Of a stretch of DNA of 32,000 nt, positions 10,272 to 17,469 are shown piece by piece (the first letter of the stretch is position 1; every line of letters starts with the position of its first letter). Position numbers and translations under genes: made by a program. The DNA comes from Telmatocola sphagniphila (lineage in GTDB: Bacteria > Planctomycetota > Planctomycetia > Gemmatales > Gemmataceae). The notes beneath the pieces were generated by a model. The model did no database searches. It was not told where the DNA came from and saw only the letters and a program-made list of their open reading frames with translations. The stretch lies in NCBI RefSeq assembly GCF_018398935.1, contig NZ_CP074694.1:2940001-2972000 (forward strand). Direction: 5' to 3'.

Positions 10272-10917
10272 CGATGGAGTACCCCAAACCGCGTCGGGTT
10301 TGAATGAAATCCTTTCCTAATTTTTTCCGAACATTCGAAACGTGCACCTCGACCAGATTCGAAAGCGTATCGTCATTTTCGTCGAAAATGTGTTCGTAGA
10401 TTCGCTGACGGGGCACCACTTCACCGCGATGCCGGGCCAGCAGTTCGACAATCGAATATTCCCGAGCGGTGAGCACCACTTCGATGCCTTTCAAACTCAC
10501 CTTTTTCGCTCCGGTATCGATCGCCACTTCGCCAATTCCGATGGTCGGCGAAGGCTGATTGGAAGACCGACGGATCAAGGCCCTCACGCGGGCCAGCAAT
10601 TCGACAATCGCAAATGGTTTGGTCAGATAGTCATCCGCCCCCCGATCCAAGCCGCGCACGCGGTCCGACACCGAATCCCGGGCAGTCAGCACAAGAACGG
10701 GCGTCTTCTTTTTCCGCCGCAAATGTTGTATCACCTCCCAACCATCCATCTTGGGAAGCATCAGATCCAGAATGATTCCATCGTATTCGGTCAAAGTGGC
10801 TTTCAACAAACCCGCTTCGCCATCCGTAGCCTGATCGACTGCATAGCCATCCTCCCGCAAGGCCTGGGAAAGTACCCGCTGCAACTCCGGTTCATCCTCG
10901 ATCACCAGCATACGCAT
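10264..10917 (-). CDS. OmpR-family response regulator, CusR/CopR-like
   Basis: The receiver domain has IILDLMLPKMDG. KPFAIVELLARVRALIRR closely resembles the CusR motif KPFAFAELLARVRTLLRR. The C-terminus is a winged helix (TAREYSIVELL...RGLGY). Confidence 0.93.
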   Translation of the reverse strand: MRMLVIEDEPELQRVLSQALREDGYAVDQATDGEAGLLKATLTEYDGIILDLMLPKMDGWEVIQHLRRKKKTPVLVLTARDSVSDRVRGLDRGADDYLTKPFAIVELLARVRALIRRSSNQPSPTIGIGEVAIDTGAKKVSLKGIEVVLTAREYSIVELLARHRGEVVPRQRIYEHIFDENDDTLSNLVEVHVSNVRKKLGKDFIQTRRGLGYSIDG

Positions 10918-10936
10918 GAAAATTTACTCCACGATA

Positions 10937-10958
10937 TCAATTCAATTCAATTCAATTC
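10937..10958. repeat. Pentanucleotide microsatellite (TCAAT)x4 plus TC
   Basis: Read directly from the sequence: tcaattcaattcaattcaattc. It spans the TGA stop of the YHYH gene (10952..10954) and part of the 34-nt spacer before the response-regulator start. Confidence 0.9.
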
Positions 10959-12127
10959 TTCTTCGGCGGCGGGCCGTCTTTTTTGTCTTTTCCTTCGCGA
11001 CGGAGGTAGGTTTCGGTCTTCTTGTTGCCGTCGCCATCGTCGTAGATGAACTTCGCCGTCCCATCCTTGGTCCAGGAATATTCAATTGTGCGGGTCGATC
11101 TTCGAACTTCATAAGTCAGTTTGAAACTATTTTCGCTGGGAGCCGAGAAATTCGTGATACTCGCCCCCCGCAACGGTTCGCCGGCCGGCCGCATGGGAAA
11201 CGCTCGCGGTTGCGGATCGACCTGGCCGCCACGGACTTCCACAACGCCGCGCATGCCGCCGTTGATATAGGGGTAGGTCTTGGTGGCATGGTAGCGATAG
11301 ACGCCATCTTTGCCAATTTTCCCGTTGAATTCATCGAGTTTGCCCGCGGGGGAACCGTCCGCTTCGGTGAAACCGTAGATGGCGAAACCGTCCAGGGCCA
11401 CGGCTATGGGATTGCCCTTCCCCGCTTTCTTTTCCAGATGGATGGGTGCGGCATGATAGTGATAGTCATCCGCCCGGCCGCAATGCCCGCCCCATTCGTC
11501 GAGTTCACCGATGGCAAAGGAATCTTCGCCGCGATTATTCAGTGCATTGAAGATCGGCACACCATTGATGGCCAGGGCGATGGCTCCGCGAAAGAGATTG
11601 TTCTTCGCGGAGATCGGTTTCTCGGCCAGTTCGGGTTTCAAAGGAATCTGCCAGGCATTTTTACCCGAATAGGGTTGCGGCAGGGGTACTTGCTGCTGCC
11701 AATTTTTAATTCCCTTCATCATCAGATGATCGGGCAGACCGTTCGATTCGACGTACAGCCACTTTTCGTCCCAACGGACTTTGACAGTCTCTTTGAACGG
11801 CTCGAAATATTTAGCCAGGACCGGGGCGATTTTGGAATCTTCAACGGATACGAAGGTGTTAAGTTCTTTGATAGCCGTGAGTTTCTGCTCGACCCATTTT
11901 TTGTCTTCGCTGCTGAGAAATCGCTCCGGAATCCAGAAGGTCGATCCATCTTCCGCTCTCAATTGCACTTCGCCGGATCGCGCCACCACGAAGGACGCAT
12001 GCAGATGGTAGTTGCCATCGTACAAGTTCCAGGTTCGCAGAGCGGGGTGACTTTCCGAGGAGCCTGGGTGTGCAAACGAAGGGATAGAGCTTAGGAGGCA
12101 AGCCGACAGGACCAGGAGATATTTCAT
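10952..12127 (-). CDS. Secreted SHD1-domain plus YHYH-domain protein
   Basis: It has a signal peptide (MKYLLVLSACLLSSIPSFA). The segment RTWNLYDGNYHLHASFVVARSGEVQLRAEDGSTFWIPERFLSSEDKKWV is SHD1-like. YHYH-family motifs DDYHYHAAP and YRYHATKTYPY are present. The tail is lysine/proline-rich and ends in KKDGPPPKKN. Confidence 0.85.
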   Translation of the reverse strand: MKYLLVLSACLLSSIPSFAHPGSSESHPALRTWNLYDGNYHLHASFVVARSGEVQLRAEDGSTFWIPERFLSSEDKKWVEQKLTAIKELNTFVSVEDSKIAPVLAKYFEPFKETVKVRWDEKWLYVESNGLPDHLMMKGIKNWQQQVPLPQPYSGKNAWQIPLKPELAEKPISAKNNLFRGAIALAINGVPIFNALNNRGEDSFAIGELDEWGGHCGRADDYHYHAAPIHLEKKAGKGNPIAVALDGFAIYGFTEADGSPAGKLDEFNGKIGKDGVYRYHATKTYPYINGGMRGVVEVRGGQVDPQPRAFPMRPAGEPLRGASITNFSAPSENSFKLTYEVRRSTRTIEYSWTKDGTAKFIYDDGDGNKKTETYLRREGKDKKDGPPPKKN

Positions 12128-12296
12128 TTCGTCACCTGAGGAACGCAGAGAGAGGGATACACTTTGTTTCTAACGTAGAACGCGAAGCTGAAGAGGGGAT
12201 TAAGAGGGGGTTGCCTGTAGCCACACCGGCCGAGCAAAATCCTCGCGCGGTTGGGAAAAATAAGACGCTTTAGTGCAGTGGATGTTTAATTCCAGG

Positions 12297-13108
12297 TTAC
12301 TTTTTCACTTCGCCGCTTTTCAGATCCAAGGTGGATTCAAGCTCTCGATCCGCTCGTTTCACCGTAAGCTTGACGCGAGTCCCATCGTCGCAGAATCGTT
12401 TCCTAACATCAAATAAGTCGATCCTGGCATTCTCCTGGCCCTCCAGCCGGGTCAGGACGTCACCCTTTTTCATACCGGCTTTATCCGCAGCACTGTCCTG
12501 ATCGATTATTTCGGCCACGACTCGACCCGTCTTCTTGAGAATATGTAAGCCGCTCAGATCATAGAGATCCGGTTTGTTGAAGTTTTTACCGGGCTTCAGA
12601 TATAACTTCTTGGCTGTGAAGTGAATTCGCTTTGCAGACTCGAACGGGTCGATCCCGAGTTTGATGTGGAGAAGTCAGTAAGAAGGGCAACGAAAAAAAT
12701 CGCCTCAATTTGGATGAATTTCAGTCAAAAATTGTGACGAAAATTCTCTCTCCCTTCTTTCACCAGCTTTTTCTTAAAAAGCTCTGCTTTCATTTTCTGC
12801 AACCCCTCTTCAGTTGTCAATTCCACTACTTGGAGCTTCCCCGCCTGGGCAAGATCGATCATTCCATTCGGGACGATAAAGGGATATCCCACATGAGCAG
12901 TAATGATGGGATTTCCAATCGACTTAATTGGCGGAAGCTGATTCTTGTCCCCCACAACTCCCTCAATGAAAATTCCAAGAATGTCGTTCGACTTGATGAT
13001 TCGGATATCGCGTGGAAACGGCAGATTCTCCTAAGATTTAGGATCATCCGCCCGAGCAGTAGATAGTGTCGCAAGCAACAGACTAAGTAATAGAAAATAG
13101 GTTTTCAC
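12297..13108 (-). pseudogene. Decayed gene for a secreted PDZ-domain protein (in-frame amber stop plus a frame break)
   Basis: GTG 13108 opens MKTYFLLLSLLLATLSTARADDPKS, a signal peptide. A TAG at 13033..13031 follows, and the same frame then continues for 101 codons to TGA 12725. A PDZ-like segment (GLHILKKTGRVVAEIIDQDSAADKAGMKKGDVL...) is open only from 12674 to 12297, in another frame, and has no start codon ahead of the domain. An A7/T7 run lies in the gap, at about 12694..12700. Confidence 0.45.
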
Positions 13109-13243
13109 TGCCTGCTTCTTTCTGAAGTACTTATTGTCAGCTCCCAATCGAAGTGAGAATAGTTACATCTCTTTCCAAAAATAAATTGGAATGGCTTTTC
13201 GATTCGGAACAATCTTTTTTTGACTTATCGTCGCAATTGCAAA

Positions 13244-13930
13244 TCAGAACAAATCAACATCTCGCCTCTTTGTCCAGTAGCGCATACTTTCCTGGGAAAT
13301 AATGTCTAGGACATAGCGCTCCGAAACAGCATCCAGCGATCCTTCAGTAGGAAGTCTCGCCATTATCCTATCTCGCAATTCCTTAGGAACGTTGCTCGGC
13401 AAATTCAAATTCCCATAGCTATCGAGAATAGCTCCCTCATGGATCTCCACGTAGCGAATAGGATTCCGAGCAAATAGCCGGAAGCCATGATCGTGAAGCG
13501 CAGCGGGCGTCAGATTGAGTTCCTCAATGAAACCCCGGCGATAAGTCAACCACTGACAGCGACTGATTCGGAAATGATCCATGTTTTCGGGTGACATTGC
13601 ATCTTCGACCAGCCGACTATCCGTATCGAATATCTTCCAATCATCGAAAGTTACTGCCAACGGAAAGAGCACACTGCTTCGGGGCGGATTACCGACTATC
13701 ACAGGTTTGTTTCGAGGATTGTTGAAAACCACAGGTAAGTTTTCGGAGTCTCTCGGCAATTTCAAACCAATAGAAAACGCCTGAGCCTCAGGCGCCGAGC
13801 ATTGAATCTCGATGAATTCCGCTCGTAAAGGATCGCCGTTATCGCGCAGCCATTTGGCGTATTCCAAGCGCGGCACATCCTCTTCCGGATGAGAAATAAT
13901 TTCCTTCAAGAATGTTTTTCGATGAGCCAA
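13244..13930 (-). CDS. TIGR02996 (repeat-companion) domain protein
   Basis: The N-terminus FLKEIISHPEEDVPRLEYAKWLRDNGDPLRAEFIEIQC matches the Gemmata-type TIGR02996 signature (P-x-D-D-x-P-R-L-V-Y-A-D-W-L-E-E-x-G-D-P-x-R-A-E-F-I). Only TTG starts are available, at 13930 or 13909. The gene is AT-richer than its surroundings. Confidence 0.8.
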   Translation of the reverse strand: MAHRKTFLKEIISHPEEDVPRLEYAKWLRDNGDPLRAEFIEIQCSAPEAQAFSIGLKLPRDSENLPVVFNNPRNKPVIVGNPPRSSVLFPLAVTFDDWKIFDTDSRLVEDAMSPENMDHFRISRCQWLTYRRGFIEELNLTPAALHDHGFRLFARNPIRYVEIHEGAILDSYGNLNLPSNVPKELRDRIMARLPTEGSLDAVSERYVLDIISQESMRYWTKRRDVDLF

Positions 13931-14087
13931 GGCGAGCTTTCAGTTTAAATACCAGCGTAAAGTTCCGAAGCAGCGGATCTCATTCCATTTAACTTCCATT
14001 ACCTTCCATCGGTCAAGTTTTATCCGTCTGGCACGGGAGATTCATTTCTCTGATTTACGCAGAAAATTTAATTTTCCGAAAATTGAC

Positions 14088-14116
14088 TTGAACAAAACGA
14101 AAATTTGCTTTAATAT
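14088..14116 (+). promoter_or_regulatory. Sigma70-like promoter candidate (TTGAAC-17 nt-TAATAT) giving a leaderless or near-leaderless mRNA
   Basis: The -35 element TTGAAC is at 14088..14093, followed by a 17-nt spacer and the -10 element TAATAT at 14111..14116. The ATG of the HTH gene at 14125 is 8 nt after the -10. There is no purine-rich SD in between. Confidence 0.35.
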
Positions 14117-14124
14117 TATTCAAC

Positions 14125-14448
14125 ATGAGTTTCGAAAAACAAAACACGCTAGCGGATCACGTTCTCGGCACCTTGCCCCGGGAAGATCTGGATATCATCG
14201 TCGAACTGGTGCTCCATTCCGGCTCTCTGAAAGATCTGGCGACCGCCTATGGAGTCACCTACCCGACAATTCGGCTCCGGCTCGACCGGGTCATCGAACG
14301 GCTGCGGGCCGGTATCCAGGGTAAAAAGCCCGATCCGATAAAGGAACTCCTGGCCAAGCTGGTCGAACGGGGGGAACTCTCCTCGGGAGGAGCCCGAGCC
14401 CTGCGGGATCTATTGCAGAAACGCAACGAAAACTCAGAGAAAACTTAA
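14125..14448 (+). CDS. Small HTH protein, resembles the C-terminal half of DUF2089
   Basis: LDIIVELVLHSGSLKDLATAYGVTYPTIRLRLDRVIERL matches my recollection of the DUF2089 HTH core (...GISYPTVRNRLDEVI...). The N-terminal zinc ribbon of that family is absent. The C-terminal segment IKELLAKLVERGELSSGGARALRDLL looks SHOCT-like. Confidence 0.7.
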   Translation: MSFEKQNTLADHVLGTLPREDLDIIVELVLHSGSLKDLATAYGVTYPTIRLRLDRVIERLRAGIQGKKPDPIKELLAKLVERGELSSGGARALRDLLQKRNENSEKT

Positions 14449-14467
14449 CTCTAAATCGAGGGGGATC

Positions 14468-14818
14468 ATGATGGCCTGGTGGACAGATCAGGACGCCGGT
14501 TGGATCGGCGCGATAGCCGGAAGTTCCATCGGAATTCTCGGCGGCTTATTAGGCGGACTTGCCGGAACGTTCGCACCGAAAGGTAAATATAAATCGCTCG
14601 TACTATCCATCGCCTTCAGTATCGCTCTGTTTGGAGTGATTTCTTTTGGCGCGGGAATTTACGCGTTCACGCAGTCGCAGCCCTTCTTCGTCTGCTACCC
14701 ACTGTTGTTGTTGGGACTGGTTTGCTGTTCTGTCATCGCGCTAATTCCAGTAATAAATAAGCGTTACCGCGAAGCCGAGAACCGTCGACTGGAAGCGGAA
14801 GAATTTCGAAGAAGTTGA
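14468..14818 (+). CDS. Small integral membrane protein (3-4 predicted TM segments)
   Basis: The gene starts 19 nt after the HTH gene. It has Gly-rich hydrophobic segments (IGAIAGSSIGILGGLLGGLAG, LVLSIAFSIALFGVISFGAG, YPLLLLGLVCCSVIALIPV) and a charged tail. Confidence 0.65.
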   Translation: MMAWWTDQDAGWIGAIAGSSIGILGGLLGGLAGTFAPKGKYKSLVLSIAFSIALFGVISFGAGIYAFTQSQPFFVCYPLLLLGLVCCSVIALIPVINKRYREAENRRLEAEEFRRS

Positions 14819-14932
14819 GGTTCCTGCTTCACCTTCGGTTTTACATCCACTTCGAGGAAAAAGAATTGGCACGACTCCGCAATATGCCCTACCACGACCA
14901 GCTATCCCGTCGATACCTCCCGGAGAGCCATT

Positions 14933-15511
14933 ATGCCCGCGAATAGTGCTGTCCCGAATGAGGCCAAAAGCCGGTCAGTGACGACTTTGGCTGTCGTCAC
15001 GATCATCCTCGGCATCTTGCGCTTGATCGCAAGTGTTCTTGTAATAGGTTTCGCGCTCGGATTGACTGCCGTTGCACCGGCGGAAAATCCAGCACCAGTG
15101 GCGAACCGTGCTCAGGATTTCGGCGAAATCGGCCTTCCCCTTCTGGCCTTACTGAAAGTTCTATTGATTCTGGTGATCATCCCGATCGCCATCGTATCCG
15201 CATTCGGTGGTCTGTTGCTCATCCTCGCAGGTATTGGTCTAATGCGTCACTGGCGATTTAGCCGCGTATTAACTCTTCTGCTGGCAAGCTTAGGCGGAAT
15301 GCTCACCCTTATTTACGGCTATGCATTAATTTCGGAAGTGCAAAAAGTCCCCGCCGATTGGCAATTGGCTCTCATTTATCTGATCGGACTGCTGGTACAC
15401 GGCAGCTATTGCCTGTTTGCTTTTAGAGTGCTTCTCAACCGGAAGAATGCCGCCGAATTTCCAACAATTCCAGCCGTTCGTCTCGCTAGCGGCGCTCAAC
15501 CGTCGGTTTGA
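14933..15511 (+). CDS. Integral membrane protein (4-5 predicted TM segments)
   Basis: 192 aa. GGAGAG lies upstream of the ATG. It has repeated long hydrophobic stretches. No family recognised. Confidence 0.65.
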   Translation: MPANSAVPNEAKSRSVTTLAVVTIILGILRLIASVLVIGFALGLTAVAPAENPAPVANRAQDFGEIGLPLLALLKVLLILVIIPIAIVSAFGGLLLILAGIGLMRHWRFSRVLTLLLASLGGMLTLIYGYALISEVQKVPADWQLALIYLIGLLVHGSYCLFAFRVLLNRKNAAEFPTIPAVRLASGAQPSV

Positions 15512-15539
15512 AAAACACTCCATTTGAATCTGGAAAGCG

Positions 15540-15565
15540 ACGTTCAATTTCAAGACTCTGAACGT
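15540..15565 (+). terminator. Weak hairpin downstream of the membrane-protein gene (no U-tract)
   Basis: ACGTTCA (15540..15546) pairs with TGAACGT (15559..15565) around a 12-nt loop. No T-run follows, so a terminator function is uncertain. Confidence 0.25.
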
Positions 15566-15767
15566 TCAGCGAGCTATTTCCTAAATCGCATTTTTCGCGC
15601 CCGACTGAATCCCTTTCCGATCGTTCCCGTCCCACCTCAATCTTTCATTCCCCGCTCAAAATCAGAGTGAGATCCCCTTCATTTTCACTTCACTGCCAAT
15701 TAACCGCGATCAATCCCGAAACATACTTCAGCAGACGATTTTGAAAGAAGAAAGTCAAAGGTGGGCT

Positions 15768-16058
15768 ATGTATCAATTTGCCAAGAATTGCCTGATTGCC
15801 ACATTACTTTTGATCGGTTGCTACGATACCGCCCACGCTGGCTGATCGACCTGTCACACACCCAGCCCCGCGGCGGTCGCCGCGCAGAAGGCCTGGGCCG
15901 AACACAAGGTTAAGATCTCTTGCACCGTGATGGGCATCATAGTTCTGGGCGGCCTGCTGACTCTTTTCCGCGAAGGAAAACAGGTCCTGGGCTCGGGCTC
16001 AAGTCACAAGGGTTACACCCAGGATCAGCCTGTTTACAGACCCTGGACCCAGCAATAA
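15768..16058 (+). other. Candidate 96-codon small ORF interrupted by an in-frame TGA at 15843..15845 (possible Sec recoding, or a dead or chance ORF)
   Basis: AAGGTGG sits 3 nt before ATG 15768. The ORF reads MYQFAKNCLIATLLLIGC (lipobox-like L-I-G-C), then YDTAHAG, then TGA, then STCHTPSPAAVAAQKAWAEHKVKISCTV, then MGIIVLGGLLTLF (TM-like), then REGKQVLGSGSSHKGYTQDQPVYRPWTQQ and a TAA at 16056. Confidence 0.2.
15861..15897 (+). other. GC-rich stem-loop with a GGUC tetraloop, 15 nt downstream of the in-frame TGA
   Basis: The upper stem is CGCGGC (15869..15874) paired with GCCGCG (15879..15884), with loop GGTC (15875..15878). The lower stem is CCCAGCC (15861..15867) paired with GG(C)CTGGG (15890..15897), with one bulged base. 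Confidence 0.5.
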
Positions 16059-16065
16059 ACCGGGG

Positions 16066-17469
16066 TCACTTCACCTGGACATCTGTTCCGGTTTCCAACG
16101 GCCCCTCTCTCGTAACGACGACCTGTTCGTTACCTAGAGGGGTATGCCAGGTCGATTTGGGATCGGCCTTTTTCAGCATCAGTAATTCGACTTCATCCCC
16201 CTCTTTGTGTCCCAACTCCACCTGGTACCTAACCGCCTTGCCTTCTTCCACAATGAAGCAGTAATTGAATTCGTCCAACATAAAAGTCGATTTCCCGGGT
16301 ACCGTGTACGCATTCGGCGTTTCAATGGGAAGCGATACCGTGGCATAGAGACCCGGTCGAATTTTGAAATCGGGATTGGGAAGATCGATTTCTACCCGCA
16401 ACGTGCGAATATCGGGATTCAACACTCCCGCAGTTCGAGTGACCTTAGCGGAAATCGCCGCATTACTTATTGAGGGAATCGTTACTTGGGCGGGGCTTCC
16501 CTTTCCGACCTGACTGGCGGCCGCTTCAGGTACCTCCATGAAAATGCGAATGGGATCAAGTCGAGCCACCATAAACAACGGCTGCGAACTGTTCATCTGC
16601 AGGAAGTGGCCGGTGTGGACGTTACGAGCCGTGACGATCCCTTTGTAAGGGGCAGTGATATACGCATAACGACGTAGCGCCGCCACCCGGCGGGCCTCCG
16701 CATCCGCAGAACGGGCCTTGGCCTCGGCGGCGGTAATATCGGAAAGGGCCGATTGCTGTTTGGCCTGACTTTCCGTCAGTCGGGCTTTTGCGGACTGAAC
16801 TCGCGCCTTGGCTTCATCCAGTTCACTTGCTGCCGCGATCGCCTGATTGCGGGTTTCTTCCGCGGTTTGTTTGTCCATCACTCGCCGAGCAACCATTTCA
16901 TCGGACCGGCTGGCTTCTGAACTCCAGCGCTTGGAATTGGCATCCGCCTTCGCCAGGGCCGATTCGCTCTCAAGAACCATTTTTTCGTTCGATTTGATGT
17001 TTGCCTCGGCCACCAGCAGATTCTTCTGAGCCACCTCAACCATAGCCTTCATGGCCACCGCCTCGGCCAGTTTCTGTTTGCGTTCCTCTTCGAGTTCGGG
17101 AATTGAGAGTTCCGCAAGCAAGGTTCCCTGCTTGACTTCTTCCCCGAGCCAGCCGATCTCCGGACCATCGATCTTATCGTCGATATCGACCAGCACCCGC
17201 GAAATATAACCCGGCACCTTCGCAATTATGGGGGTGGTCTCATAAGCCTGGATGGTGGCGGGTTGTTCCACGCTCCAGTGAATCGTTTTTTTCTGCGGAG
17301 TCTGAACGGAGACTATCGTCTGGGCGGCTTTCGACTTTTCCTGGCTGGAAGATCCCGGCGACTTCATGCAGCCCGGGATAAACCCCACAACAACAAGTAA
17401 GCTCGTCAGAGGAAGAATCAGGGATCTTGGGTAATACATTCCGAAACCTTTAAAGAGATATCCCATCAT
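16066..17469 (-). CDS. Efflux-transporter periplasmic adaptor (HlyD/MFP family), with no transporter partner adjacent
   Basis: It has an N-terminal anchor with a lipobox-like FIPGC. It also has a lipoyl-like segment (GTLLAELSIPELE), a long Ala/Glu/Lys coiled-coil hairpin, and beta-barrel and MP-domain-like segments (ITAPYKGIVTARNV..., RPGLYATVSL). The start is uncertain: TTG 17496, ATG 17469 or ATG 17439. Confidence 0.88.
   Translation of the reverse strand: MMGYLFKGFGMYYPRSLILPLTSLLVVVGFIPGCMKSPGSSSQEKSKAAQTIVSVQTPQKKTIHWSVEQPATIQAYETTPIIAKVPGYISRVLVDIDDKIDGPEIGWLGEEVKQGTLLAELSIPELEEERKQKLAEAVAMKAMVEVAQKNLLVAEANIKSNEKMVLESESALAKADANSKRWSSEASRSDEMVARRVMDKQTAEETRNQAIAAASELDEAKARVQSAKARLTESQAKQQSALSDITAAEAKARSADAEARRVAALRRYAYITAPYKGIVTARNVHTGHFLQMNSSQPLFMVARLDPIRIFMEVPEAAASQVGKGSPAQVTIPSISNAAISAKVTRTAGVLNPDIRTLRVEIDLPNPDFKIRPGLYATVSLPIETPNAYTVPGKSTFMLDEFNYCFIVEEGKAVRYQVELGHKEGDEVELLMLKKADPKSTWHTPLGNEQVVVTREGPLETGTDVQVK

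Noticed and set aside
10916-12094. A 392-codon ORF on the plus strand almost exactly mirrors the YHYH gene. Similar long antisense ORFs are 121..909, 902..1795, 4617..5426, 5582..6172, 6982..7686, 10342..11049, 22557..23705, 24947..25480 and 29226..30578.
   Set aside because: Each lies antisense to a gene with clear family motifs on the other strand. Their translations are Arg/Gly/His/Phe-rich low-complexity strings with no motifs. Long stop-free antisense frames are an expected by-product of codon bias in moderately GC-rich genomes.
13031-13033. The in-frame TAG after the signal peptide could be a pyrrolysine or programmed read-through site.
   Set aside because: There is no context suggesting Pyl usage, which is restricted to methylamine-methyltransferase-type genes and needs pyl genes. 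The same locus has additional frame disruptions, so plain pseudogenisation is more parsimonious.
15920-16264. A 114-codon plus-strand ORF starts in the convergent spacer and runs antisense into the 3' end of the HlyD-family gene.
   Set aside because: It has a TTG start and a Pro/Ser/Gly-rich composition. Two thirds of it is antisense to a well-supported gene, so it is probably spurious. It is in a different frame from the TGA-containing small ORF discussed in the findings.
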